Shown: piece after piece, positions 15,001-30,000 of the stretch
Layout of the letters: each line of letters opens with the position of its first letter
Numbering within the stretch: the stretch's first letter is position 1
Assembly (NCBI GenBank): GCA_032718475.1
Contig: JAUCBJ010004630.1
Location: 62,001-126,000, forward strand
Direction of reading: 5' to 3'
From: Nemertoderma westbladi
Taxonomy: Eukaryota; Animalia; Xenacoelomorpha
DNA: 64,000 nt
Made by a program: the position numbers and the translations under genes
Notes under the pieces: model-generated
Database searches by the model: none
What the model was told of the DNA's origin: nothing
The model's input: the letters and a program-made list of their open reading frames with translations, nothing else

Positions 15001-18000
15001 CAGATACTTTACACTGCCCCCACTTCGAGACTTTATTTACACTCACACAGATACTTTACACTGCCCCCACTTCGAGGCTTTATTTACACTCACACAGATA
15101 CTTTACACTGCCCCCACTTCGAGGCTTTATTTGCACTCACACAGATACTTTACACTGCCCCCACTTCGAGGCTTTATTTGCACTCACACAGATACTTTAC
15201 ACGAACCCCCTTCGATCGAGGCTTTATTTACACTCACACAGATACTTTACACTGCCCCCACTTCGAGGCTTTATTTACACTCACACAGATACTTTACACT
15301 GCCCCCACTTCGAGGCTTTATTTGCACTCACACAGATACTTTACACTGCCCCCACTTCGAGGCTTTATTTGCACTCACACAGATACTTTACACGAACCCC
15401 CTTCGATCGAGGTTTTATTTGCACTCACACAGATACTTTACACGAACCCCCTTCGATCGAGGTTTTATTTGCACTCACACAGATACTTTACACTGCCCCC
15501 ACTTCGAGGCTTTATTTACACTCACACAGATACTTTACACGAACCCCCTTCGATCGAGGCTTTATTTACACTCACACAGATACTTTACACGAACCCCCTT
15601 CGATCGAGGTTTTATTTGCACTCACACAGATACTTTACACTGCCCCCACTTCGAGGCTTTATTTGCACTCACACAGATACTTTACACTGTACTCACGGCA
15701 ACGCTTTATTTGCACTCACACAGATACTTTACACGAACCCCCTTCGATCGAGGCTTTATTTGCACTCACACAGATACTTTACACTGCCCCCACTTCGAGG
15801 CTTTATTTACACTCACACAGATACTTTACACTGCCCCCACTTCGAGACTTTATTTGCACTCACACAGATACTTTACATTGCCCCCACTTCGAGGCTTTAT
15901 TTGCACTCACACAGATACTTTACACGAACCCCCTTCGATCGAGGTTTTATTTGCACTCACACAGATACTTTATACTGCCCCCACTTCGAGGCTTTATTTG
16001 CACTCACACAGATACTTTACACTGCCCCCACTTCGAGGCTTTATTTACACTCACACAGATACTTTACACGAACCCCCTTCGATCGAGGTTTTATTTACAC
16101 TCACACAGATACTTTACACTGCCCCCACTTCGAGGCTTTATTTGCACTCACACAGATATCCTACACTGCCCCCACTTCGAGGCTTTATTTGCACTCACAC
16201 AGATACTTTACACTGCCCAAACTTCGAGGCTTTATTTGCACTCACACAGATACTTTACACTGCCCCCACTTCGAGGCTTTATTTGCACTCACACAGATAT
16301 CCTACACTGCCCCCACTTCGAGGCTTTATTTGCACTCACACAGATACTTTACACTGCCCAAACTTCGAGGCTTTATTTGCACTCACACAGATACTTTACA
16401 CTGCCCCCACTTCGAGGCTTTATTTGCACTCACACAGATATCCTACACTGCCCCCACTTCGAGGCTTTATTTGCACTCACACAGATACTTTACACTGCCC
16501 CCACTTCGAGGCTTTATTTGCACTCACACAGATACTTTACACGAACCCCCTTCGATCGAGGTTTTATTTACACTCACACAGATACTTTACACTGCCCCCA
16601 CTTCGAGGCTTTATTTGCACTCACACAGATACTTTACACTGCCCCCACTTCGAGGCTTTATTTGCACTCACACAGATACTTTACACTGCCCAAACTTCGA
16701 GGCTTTATTTACACTCACACAGATACTTTACACGAACCCCCTTCGATCGAGGTTTTATTTACACTCACACAGATACTTTACACTGCCCCCACTTCGAGGC
16801 TTTATTTGCACTCACACAGATACTTTATACTGCCCCCACTTCGAGGCTTTATTTGCACTCACACAGATATCCTACACTGCCCCCACTTCGAGGCTTTATT
16901 TGCACTCACACAGATACTTTACACTGCCCCCACTTCGAGGCTCTATTTGCACTCACACAGATACTTTACACTGCCCCCACTTCGTGGCTTTATTTGCACT
17001 CACACAGATACTTTACACTGTCCCCACTTCGAGGCTTTATTTGCACTCACACAGATACTTTACACGAACCCCCTTCGATCGAGGCTTTATTTGCACTCAC
17101 ACAGATACTTTACACTGCCCCCACTTCGAGGCTTTATTTGCACTCACACAGATATCCTACACTGCCCCCACTTCGAGGCTTTATTTGCACTCACACAGAT
17201 ACTTTACACTGCCCAAACTTCGAGGCTTTATTTGCACTCACACAGATACTTTACACTGCCCCCACTTCGAGGTTTTATTTACACTCACACAGATACTTTA
17301 CACTGCCCCCACTTCGAGGCTTTATTTGCACTCACACAGATACTTTATACTGCCCCCACTTCGAGGCTTTATTTGCACTCACACAGATATCCTACACTGC
17401 CCCCACTTCGAGGCTTTATTTGCACTCACACAGATATCCTACACTGCCCCCACTTCGAGGCTTTATTTGCACTCACACAGATACTTTATACTGCCCCCAC
17501 TTCGAGGCTTTATTTGCACTCACACAGATATCCTACACTGCCCCCACTTCGAGGCTTTATTTGCACTCACACAGATATCCTACACTGCCCCCACTTCGAG
17601 GCTTTATTTGCACTCACACAGATATCCTACACTGCCCCCACTTCGAGGCTTTATTTGCACTCACACAGATATCCTACACTGCCCCCACTTCGAGGCTTTA
17701 TTTGCACTCACACAGATATCCTACACTGCCCCCACTTCGAGGTTTTATTTACACTCACACAGATACTTTACACTGCCCCCACTTCGAGGCTTTATTTGCA
17801 CTCACACAGATACTTTATACTGCCCCCACTTCGAGGCTTTATTTACACTCACACAGATACTTTATACTGCCCCCACTTCGAGGCTTTATTTGCACTCACA
17901 CAGATACTTTACACTGCCCCCACTTCGAGGCTTTATTTACACTCACACAGATACTTTACACTGCCCCCACTTCGAGGCTTTATTTGCACTCACACAGATA

Positions 18001-21000
18001 CTTTACACTGCCCCCACTTCGAGGCTTTATTTGCACTCACACAGATACTTTACACTGCCCCACTTCGAGGCTTTATTTGCACTCACACAGATACTTTACA
18101 CGAACCCCCTTCGAGGCTTTATTTGCACTCACACAGATACTTTACACGAACCCCCTTCGATCGAGGCTTTATTTACACTCACACAGATACTTTATACTGC
18201 CCCCACTTCGAGGCTTTATTTACACTCACACAGATACTTTACACGAACCCCCTTCGATCGAGGCTTTATTTGCACTCACACAGATACTTTACACTGCCCC
18301 CACTTCGAGGCTTTATTTACACTCACACAGATACTTTACACGAACCCCCTTCGATCGAGGTTTTATTTACACTCACACAGATACTTTACACTGCCCCCAC
18401 TTCGAGGCTTTATTTACACTCACACAGATACTTTACACGAACCCCCTTCGATCGAGGCTTTATTTGCACTCACACAGATACTTTACACTGCCCCCACTTC
18501 GACGCTTTATTTGCACTCACACAGATACTTTACACTGCCCCCACTTCGACGCTTTATTTGCACTCACACAGATACTTTACACTGCCCCCACTTCGAGGCT
18601 TTATTTACACTCACACAGATACTTTACACGAACCCCCTTCGAGGCTTTATTTGCACTCACACAGATACTTTACACTGCCCCCACTTCGAGGCTTTATTTA
18701 CACTCACACAGATACTTTACACGAACCCCCTTCGATCGAGGCTTTATTTACACTCACACAGATACTTTACACTGCCCCCACTTCGAGGCTTTATTTGCAC
18801 TCACACAGATACTTTACACTGCCCCCACTTCGAGGCTTTATTTGCACTCACACAGACACTTTACACTGCCCCCACTTCGAGGCTTTATTTACACTCACAC
18901 AGATACTTTACACTGCCCCCACTTCGAGGCTTTATTTACACTCACACAGATACTTTACACTGCCCCCACTTCGAGGCTTTATTTGCACTCACACAGATAC
19001 TTTACACTGCCCTCACTTCGAGGCTTTATTTACACTCACACAGATACTTTACACTGCCCCCACTTCGAGGCTTTATTTGCACTCACACAGATACTTTACA
19101 CTGCCCCCACTTCGAGGCTTTATTTACACTCACACAGATACTTTACACTGCCCCCACTTCGAGGCTTTATTTACACTCACACAGATACTTTACACTGCCC
19201 CCACTTCGAGGCTTTATTTGCACTCACACAGATACTTTACACTGCCCTCACTTCGAGGCTTTATTTACACTCACACAGATACTTTACACTGCCCCCACTT
19301 CGAGGCTTTATTTACACTCACACAGATACTTTACACTGCCCCCACTTCGAGGCTTTATTTACACTCACACAGATACTTTACACGAACCCCCTTCGATCGA
19401 GGTTTTATTTGCACTCACACAGATACTTTATACTGCCCCCACTTCGAGGCTTTATTTACACTCACACAGATACTTTACACTGCCCCCACTTCGAGGCTTT
19501 ATTTGCACTCACACAGATACTTTACACTGCCCTCACTTCGAGGCTTTATTTACACTCACACAAATACTTTACACTGCCCCCACTTCGAGGCTTTATTTGC
19601 ACTCACACAGATACTTTACACTGCCCCCACTTCGAGGCTTTATTTACACTCACACAGATACTTTACACTGCCCCCACTTCGAGGCTTTATTTGCACTCAC
19701 ACAGATACTTTACACTGCCCTCACTTCGAGGCTTTATTTACACTCACACAAATACTTTACACTGCCCCCACTTCGAGGCTTTATTTGCACTCACACAGAT
19801 ACTTTATACTGCCCCCACTTCGAGGCTTTATTTGCACTCACACAGATACTTTACACGAACCCCCTTCGAGGCTTTATTTGCACTCACACAGATACTTTAC
19901 ACTGCCCCCACTTCGAGGCTTTATTTACACTCACACAGATACTTTACACGAACCCCCTTCGATCGAGGTTTTATTTACACTCACACAGATACTTTACACT
20001 GCCCCCACTTCGAGGCTTTATTTACACTCACACAGATACTTTACACTGCCCCCACTTCGAGGCTTTATTTGCACTCACACAGATACTTTACACTGCCCCC
20101 ACTTCGAGGCTTTATTTACACTCACACAGATACTTTACACTGCCCCCACTTCGAGGCTTTATTTGCACTCACACAGATACTTTACACTGCCCTCACTTCG
20201 AGGCTTTATTTACACTCACACAGATACTTTACACGAACCCCCTTCGATCGAGGTTTTATTTACACTCACACAGATACTTTACACTGCCCCCACTTCGAGG
20301 CTTTATTTGCACTCACACAGATACTTTACACTGCCCCCACTTCGAGGCTTTATTTGCACTCACACAGATACTTTACACTGCCCCCACTTCGAGGCTTTAT
20401 TTGCACTCACACAGATACTTTATACTGCCCCCACTTCGAGGCTTTATTTGCACTCACACAGATACTTTACACTGCCCCCACTTCGAGGCTTTATTTACAC
20501 TCACACAGATACTTTACACGAACCCCCTTCGATCGAGGCTTTATTTGCACTCACACAGATACTTTATACTGCCCCCACTTCGAGGCTTTATTTGCACTCA
20601 CACAGATACTTTACACTGCCCCCACTTCGAGGCTTTATTTGCACTCACACAGATACTTTACACGAACCCCCTTCGATCGAGGCTTTATTTGCACTCACAC
20701 AGATACTTTACACTGCCCCCACTTCGAGGCTTTATTTGCACTCACACAGATACTTTACACTGCCCCCACTTCGTGGCTTTATTTGCACTCACACAGATAC
20801 TTTATACTGCCCCCACTTCGAGGCTTTATTTGCACTCACACAGATACTTTACACTGCCCCCACTTCGAGGCTTTATTTACACTCACACAGATACTTTACA
20901 CGAACCCCCTTCGATCGAGGCTTTATTTGCACTCACACAGATACTTTATACTGCCCCCACTTCGAGGCTTTATTTGCACTCACACAGATACTTTACACTG

Positions 21001-24000
21001 CCCCCACTTCGAGGCTTTATTTACACTCACACAGATACTTTACACGAACCCCCTTCGATCGAGGCTTTATTTGCACTCACACAGATACTTTATACTGCCC
21101 CCACTTCGAGGCTTTATTTGCACTCACACAGATACTTTACACTGCCCCCACTTCGAGGCTTTATTTGCACTCACACAGATACTTTACACGAACCCCCTTC
21201 GATCGAGGCTTTATTTGCACTCACACAGATACTTTACACTGCCCCCACTTCGAGGCTTTATTTGCACTCACACAGATACTTTACACTGCCCCCACTTCGT
21301 GGCTTTATTTGCACTCACACAGATACTTTATACTGCCCCCACTTCGAGGCTTTATTTGCACTCACACAGATACTTTATACTGCCCCCACTTCGAGGCTTT
21401 ATTTGCACTCACACAGATACTTTACACTGCCCCCACTTCGAGGCTTTATTTACACTCACACAGATACTTTACACGAACCCCCTTCGATCGAGGCTTTATT
21501 TACACTCACACAGATACTTTACACGAACCCCCTTCGATCGAGGCTTTATTTACACTCACACAGATACTTTACACGAACCCCCTTCGATCGAGGCTTTATT
21601 TGCACTCACACAGATACTTTACACTGCCCCCACTTCGAGGCTTTATTTGCACTCACACAGATACTTTACACTGCCCCCACTTCGAGGCTTTATTTGCACT
21701 CACACAGATACTTTACACTGCCCCCACTTCGTGGCTTTATTTACACTCACACAGATACTTTACACGAACCCCCTTCGATCGAGGCTTTATTTGCACTCAC
21801 ACAGATACTTTACACTGCCCCCACTTCGAGGCTTTATTTGCACTCACACAGATACTTTACACGAACCCCCTTCGATCGAGGCTTTATTTGCACTCACACA
21901 GATACTTTACACTGCCCCCACTTCGAGACTTTATTTGCACTCACACAGATACTTTACACGAACCCCCTTCGATCGAGGCTTTATTTGCACTCACACAGAT
22001 ACTTTACACTGCCCCCACTTCGAGGCTTTATTTGCACTCACACAGATACTTTACACTGCCCCCACTTCGAGGCTTTATTTGCACTCACACAGATACTTTA
22101 CACGAACCCCCTTCGATCGAGGCTTTATTTGCACTCACACAGATACTTTACACTGCCCCCACTTCGAGGCTTTATTTGCACTCACACAGATACTTTACAC
22201 GAACCCCCTTCGATCGAGGCTTTATTTGCACTCACACAGATACTTTACACTGCCCCCACTTCGAGGCTTTATTTACACTCACACAGATACTTTACACGAA
22301 CCCCCTTCGATCGAGGCTTTATTTGCACTCACACAGATACTTTACACGAACCCCCTTCGATCGAGGCTTTATTTGCACTCACACAGATACTTTACACTGC
22401 CCCCACTTCGAGGCTTTATTTGCACTCACACAGATACTTTACACGAACCCCCTTCGATCGAGGCTTTATTTGCACTCACACAGATACTTTATACTGCCCC
22501 CACTTCGAGGCTTTATTTACACTCACACAGATACTTTACACGAACCCCCTTCGATCGAGGCTTTATTTACACTCACACAGATACTTTACACTGCCCCCAC
22601 TTCGAGGCTTTATTTACACTCACACAGATACTTTACACTGCCCCCACTTCGAGGCTTTATTTGCACTCACACAGATACTTTATACTGCCCCCACTTCGAG
22701 GCTTTATTTACACTCACACAGATACTTTATACTGCCCCCACTTCGAGGCTTTATTTACACTCACACAGATACTTTACACTGCCCCCACTTCGAGGCTTTA
22801 TTTGCACTCACACAGATACTTTATACTGCCCCCACTTCGAGGCTTTATTTACACTCACACAGATACTTTACACTGCCCCCACTTCGAGGCTTTATTTACA
22901 CTCACACAGATACTTTACACTGCCCCCACTTCGAGGCTTTATTTGCACTCACACAGATACTTTATACTGCCCCCACTTCGAGGCTTTATTTACACTCACA
23001 CAGATACTTTATACTGCCCCCACTTCGAGGCTTTATTTGCACTCACACAGATACTTTATACTGCCCCCACTTCGAGGCTTTATTTACACTCACACAGATA
23101 CTTTATACTGCCCCCACTTCGAGGCTTTATTTGCACTCACACAGATACTTTACACTGCCCCCACTTCGAGGCTTTATTTACACTCACACAGATACTTTAC
23201 ACTGCCCCCACTTCGAGGCTTTATTTGCACTCACACAGATACTTTATACTGCCCCCACTTCGAGGCTTTATTTACACTCACACAGATACTTTATACTGCC
23301 CCCACTTCGAGGCTTTATTTGCACTCACACAGATACTTTATACTGCCCCCACTTCGAGGCTTTATTTACACTCACACAGATACTTTATACTGCCCCCACT
23401 TCGAGGCTTTATTTGCACTCACACAGATACTTTACACTGCCCCCACTTCGAGGCTTTATTTGCACTCACACAGATACTTTACACTGCCCCCACTTCGAGG
23501 CTTTATTTGCACTCACACAGATACTTTACACTGCCCCCACTTCGAGGCTTTATTTACACTCACACAGATACTTTACACGAACCCCCTTCGATCGAGGCTT
23601 TATTTGCACTCACACAGATACTTTACACTCCCCCCACTTCGAGGCTTTATTTGCACTCACACAGATACTTTACACTGCCCCCACTTCGAGGCTTTATTTA
23701 CACTCACACAGATACTTTACACTGCCCCCACTTCGAGGCTTTATTTGCACTCACACAGATACTTTACACGAACCCCCTTCGATCGAGGCTTTATTTGCAC
23801 TCACACAGATACTTTACACTGCCCCCACTTCGAGACTTTATTTGCACTCACACAGATACTTTACACTGCCCCCACTTCGAGGCTTTATTTACACTCACAC
23901 AGATACTTTACACTGCCCAAACTTCGAGGCTTTATTTACACTCACACAGATACTTTACACTGCCCCCACTTCGAGGCTTTATTTACACTCACACAGATAC

Positions 24001-27000
24001 TTTACACTGCCCAAACTTCGAGGCTTTATTTACACTCACACAGATACTTTACACTGCCCCCACTTCGAGGCTTTATTTACACTCACACAGATACTTTACA
24101 CGAACCCCCTTCGATCGAGGCTTTATTTGCACTCACACAGATACTTTACACTGCCCCCACTTCGAGGCTTTATTTACACTCACACAGATACTTTACACGA
24201 ACCCCCTTCGATCGAGGCTTTATTTGCACTCACACAGATACTTTACACTGCCCCCACTTCGAGACTTTATTTGCACTCACACAGATACTTTACACGAACC
24301 CCCTTCGATCGAGGCTTTATTTGCACTCACACAGATACTTTACACTGCCCCCACTTCGAGGCTTTATTTGCACTCACACAGATACTTTACACTGCCCCCC
24401 CTTCGAGGCTTTATTTACACTCACACAGATACTTTACACGAACCCCCTTCGATCGAGGTTTTATTTACACTCACACAGATACTTTACACTGCCCCCACTT
24501 CGAGGCTTTATTTACACTCACACAGATACTTTACACTGCCCCCACTTCGAGGCTTTATTTGCACTCACACAGATACTTTACACTGCCCTCACTTCGAGGC
24601 TTTATTTACACTCACACAGATACTTTACACTGCCCCCACTTCGAGTCTTTATTTACACTCACACAGATACTTTACACGAACCCCCTTCGATCGAGGCTTT
24701 ATTTGCACTCACACAGATACTTTACACTGCCCCCACTTCGAGACTTTATTTGCACTCACACAGATACTTTACACTGCCCCCACTTCGAGGCTTTATTTGC
24801 ACTCACACAGATACTTTACACTGCCCCCACTTCGAGGCTTTATTTACACTCACACAGATACTTTACACTGCCCCCACTTCGAGGCTTTATTTGCACTCAC
24901 ACAGATACTTTACACTGCCCCCACTTCGAGGCTTTATTTGCACTCACACAGATACTTTACACTGCCCCCACTTCGTGGCTTTATTTGCACTCACACAGAT
25001 ACTTTACACTGCCCCCACTTCGAGGCTTTATTTGCACTCACACAGATACTTTACACTGCCCCCACTTCGAGGCTTTATTTACACTCACACAGATACTTTA
25101 CACTGCCCCCACTTCGAGGCTTTATTTGCACTCACACAGATACTTTACACTGCCCCCACTTCGAGGCTTTATTTGCACTCACACAGATACTTTACACTGC
25201 CCCCACTTCGTGGCTTTATTTGCACTCACACAGATACTTTATACTGCCCCCACTTCGAGGCTTTATTTACACTCACACAGATACTTTACACTGCCCCCAC
25301 TTCGAGGCTTTATTTGCACTCACACAGATACTTTACACGAACCCCCTTCGATCGAGGTTTTATTTGCACTCACACAGATACTTTATACTGCCCCCACTTC
25401 GAGGCTTTATTTGCACTCACACAGATACTTTACACTGCCCCCACTTCGAGGCTTTATTTACACTCACACAGATACTTTACACGAACCCCCTTCGATCGAG
25501 GTTTTATTTACACTCACACAGATACTTTACACTGCCCCCACTTCGAGGCTTTATTTGCACTCACACAGATATCCTACACTGCCCCCACTTCGAGGCTTTA
25601 TTTGCACTCACACAGATACTTTACACTGCCCCCACTTCGAGGCTTTATTTGCACTCACACAGATATCCTACACTGCCCCCACTTCGAGGCTTTATTTGCA
25701 CTCACACAGATACTTTACACTGCCCAAACTTCGAGGCTTTATTTGCACTCACACAGATACTTTACACGAACCCCCTTCGAGGCTTTATTTACACTCACAC
25801 AGATACTTTACACTGCCCCCACTTCGAGGCTCTATTTGCACTCACACAGATACTTTATACTGCCCCCACTTCGAGGCTTTATTTGCACTCACACAGATAC
25901 TTTACACGAACCCCCTTCGAGGCTTTATTTGCACTCACACAGATACTTTACACTGCCCCCACTTCGAGGCTTTATTTGCACTCACACAGATACTTTACAC
26001 TGCCCCCACTTCGAGGCTTTATTTGCACTCACACAGATACTTTACACTGCCCCCACTTCGAGGCTTTATTTACACTCACACAGATACTTTACACGAACCC
26101 CCTTCGATCGAGGTTTTATTTGCACTCACACAGATACTTTACACTGCCCCCACTTCGAGGCTTTATTTGCACTCACACAGATACTTTACACTGCCCCCAC
26201 TTCGAGGCTTTATTTGCACTCACACAGATACTTTACACGAACCCCCTTCGATCGAGGCTTTATTTGCACTCACACAGATACTTTATACTGCACCCACTTC
26301 GAGGCTTTATTTGCACTCACACAGATACTTTATACTGCCCCCACTTCGAGGCTTTATTTGCACTCACACAGATACTTTATACTGCCCCCACTTCGAGGCT
26401 TTATTTGCACTCACACAGATACTTTATACTGCCCCCACTTCGAGGTTTTATTTGCACTCACACAGATACTTTACACTGCCCCCACTTCGAGGCTTTATTT
26501 ACACTCACACAGATACTTTACACTGCCCCCACTTCGAGGCTTTATTTACACTCACACAGATACTTTACACTGCCCCCACTTCGAGACTTTATTTGCACTC
26601 ACACAGATACTTTACACGAACCCCCTTCGATCGAGGCTTTATTTGCACTCACACAGATACTTTACACTGCCCCCACTTCGTGGCTTTATTTGCACTCACA
26701 CAGATACTTTACACTGCCCCCACTTCGAGGCTTTATTTGCACTCACACAGATACTTTACACTGCCCCCACTTCGAGGCTTTATTTGCACTCACACAGATA
26801 CTTTACACGAACCCCCTTCGATCGAGGCTTTATTTGCACTCACACAGATACTTTATACTGCCCCCACTTCGAGGCTTTATTTACACTCACACAGATACTT
26901 TACACTGCCCCCACTTCGAGGCTTTATTTACACTCACACAGATACTTTACACGAACCCCCTTCGATCGAGGCTTTATTTGCACTCACACAGATACTTTAC

Positions 27001-30000
27001 ACTGCCCCCACTTCGTGGCTTTATTTGCACTCACACAGATACTTTACACTGCCCCCACTTCGAGGCTTTATTTGCACTCACACAGATACTTTACACTGCC
27101 CCCACTTCGAGGCTTTATTTGCACTCACACAGATACTTTATACTGCCCCCACTTCGAGGCTTTATTTGCACTCACACAGATACTTTACACTGCCCCCACT
27201 TCGAGGCTTTATTTACACTCACACAGATACTTTACACGAACCCCCTTCGATCGAGGTTTTATTTACACTCACACAGATACTTTACACTGCCCCCACTTCG
27301 AGGCTTTATTTACACTCACACAGATACTTTACACTGCCCCCACTTCGAGGCTTTATTTACACTCACACAGATACTTTATACTGCCCCCACTTCGAGGCTT
27401 TATTTGCACTCACACAGATACTTTACACTGCCCAAACTTCGAGGCTTTATTTGCACTCACACAGATACTTTACACTGCCCCCACTTCGAGGCTTTATTTA
27501 CACTCACACAGATACTTTACACTGCCCCCACTTCGAGGCTTTATTTACACTCACACAGATACTTTATACTGCCCCCACTTCGAGGCTTTATTTGCACTCA
27601 CACAGATACTTTACACTGCCCAAACTTCGAGGCTTTATTTGCACTCACACAGATACTTTACACTGCCCCCACTTCGAGGCTTTATTTGCACTCACACAGA
27701 TACTTTACACTGCCCCCACTTCGAGGCTTTATTTGCACTCACACAGATACTTTACACTGCCCCCACTTCGAGGCTTTATTTGCACTCACACAGATACTTT
27801 ACACTGCCCCCACTTCGAGGCTTTATTTGCACTCACACAGATACTTTACACTGCCCCCACTTCGAGGCTTTATTTGCACTCACACAGATACTTTACACTG
27901 CCCCCACTTCGAGGCTTTATTTGCACTCACACAGATACTTTATACTGCCCCCACTTCGAGGCTTTATTTGCACTCACACAGATACTTTACACTGCCCCCA
28001 CTTCGAGGCTTTATTTGCACTCACACAGATACTTTACACTGCCCCCACTTCGAGGCTTTATTTGCACTCACACAGATACTTTACACTGCCCCCACTTCGA
28101 GGCTTTATTTGCACTCACACAGATACTTTACACGAACCCCCTTCGATCGAGGTTTTATTTGCACTCACACAGATACTTTATACTGCCCCCACTTCGAGGC
28201 TTTATTTGCACTCACACAGATACTTTACACGAACCCCCTTCGATCGAGGTTTTATTTGCACTCACACAGATACTTTATACTGCCCCCACTTCGAGGCTTT
28301 ATTTGCACTCACACAGATACTTTACACTGCCCCCACTTCGAGGCTTTATTTGCACTCACACAGATACTTTACACGAACCCCCTTCGATCGAGGTTTTATT
28401 TGCACTCACACAGATACTTTACACTGCCCCCACTTCGAGACTTTATTTGCACTCACACAGATACTTTACACTGCCCTCACTTCGAGGCTTTATTTGCACT
28501 CACACAGATACTTTACACGAACCCCCTTCGAGGCTTTATTTGCACTCACACAGATACTTTACACTGCCCCCACTTCGAGACTTTATTTGCACTCACACAG
28601 ATACTTTACACTGCCCCCACTTCGAGACTTTATTTGCACTCACACAGATACTTTACACTGCCCCCACTTCGAGGCTTTATTTGCACTCACACAGATACTT
28701 TACACTGCCCAAACTTCGAGGCTTTATTTGCACTCACACAGATACTTTACACTGCCCCCACTTCGAGGCTTTATTTGCACTCACACAGATACTTTACACT
28801 GCCCAAACTTCGAGGTTTTATTTGCACTCACACAGATACTTTACACTGCCCCCACTTCGAGGCTTTATTTGCACTCACACAGATACTTTCCCTTTCCCCA
28901 CTTCGAGGCTTTATTTGCACTCACACAGATACTTTACACGAACCCCCTTCGATCGAGGTTTTATTTGCACTCACACAGATACTTTATACTGCCCCCACTT
29001 CGAGGCTTTATTTGCACTCACACAGATACTTTCCCTTTCCCCACTTCGAGGCTTTATTTGCACTCACACAGATACTTTACACGAACCCCCTTCGATCGAG
29101 GTTTTATTTGCACTCACACAGATACTTTATACTGCCCCCACTTCGAGGCTTTATTTGCACTCACACAGATACTTTACACTGCCCCCACTTCGAGGCTTTA
29201 TTTGCACTCACACAGATACTTTACACGAACCCCCTTCGATCGAGGTTTTATTTGCACTCACACAGATACTTTATACTGCCCCCACTTCGAGGCTTTATTT
29301 GCACTCACACAGATACTTTACACTGCCCCCACTTCGAGGCTTTATTTGCACTCACACAGATACTTTATACTGCCCCCACTTCGAGGCTTTATTTGCACTC
29401 ACACAGATACTTTACACTGCCCCCACTTCGAGACTTTATTTACACTCACACAGATACTTTACACTGCCCCCACTTCGTGGCTTTATTTGCACTCACACAG
29501 ATACTTTATACTGCCCCCACTTCGAGGCTTTATTTGCACTCACACAGATACTTTATACTGCCCCCACTTCGAGGCTTTATTTGCACTCACACAGATACTT
29601 TATACTGCCCCCACTTCGAGACTTTATTTGCACTCACACAGATACTTTCCCTTTCCCCACTTCGAGGCTTTATTTGCACTCACACAGATACTTTACACTG
29701 CCCCCACTTCGAGGCTTTATTTGCACTCACACAGATACTTTACACTGCCCCCACTTCGAGGCTTTATTTACACTCACACAGATACTTTACACTGCCCCCA
29801 CTTCGAGGCTTTATTTGCACTCACACAGATACTTTACACTGCCCCCACTTCGTGGCTTTATTTGCACTCACACAGATACTTTATACTGCCCCCACTTCGA
29901 GGCTTTATTTACACTCACACAGATACTTTACACTGCCCCCACTTCGAGGCTTTATTTGCACTCACACAGATACTTTACACTGCCCCCACTTCGAGGCTTT

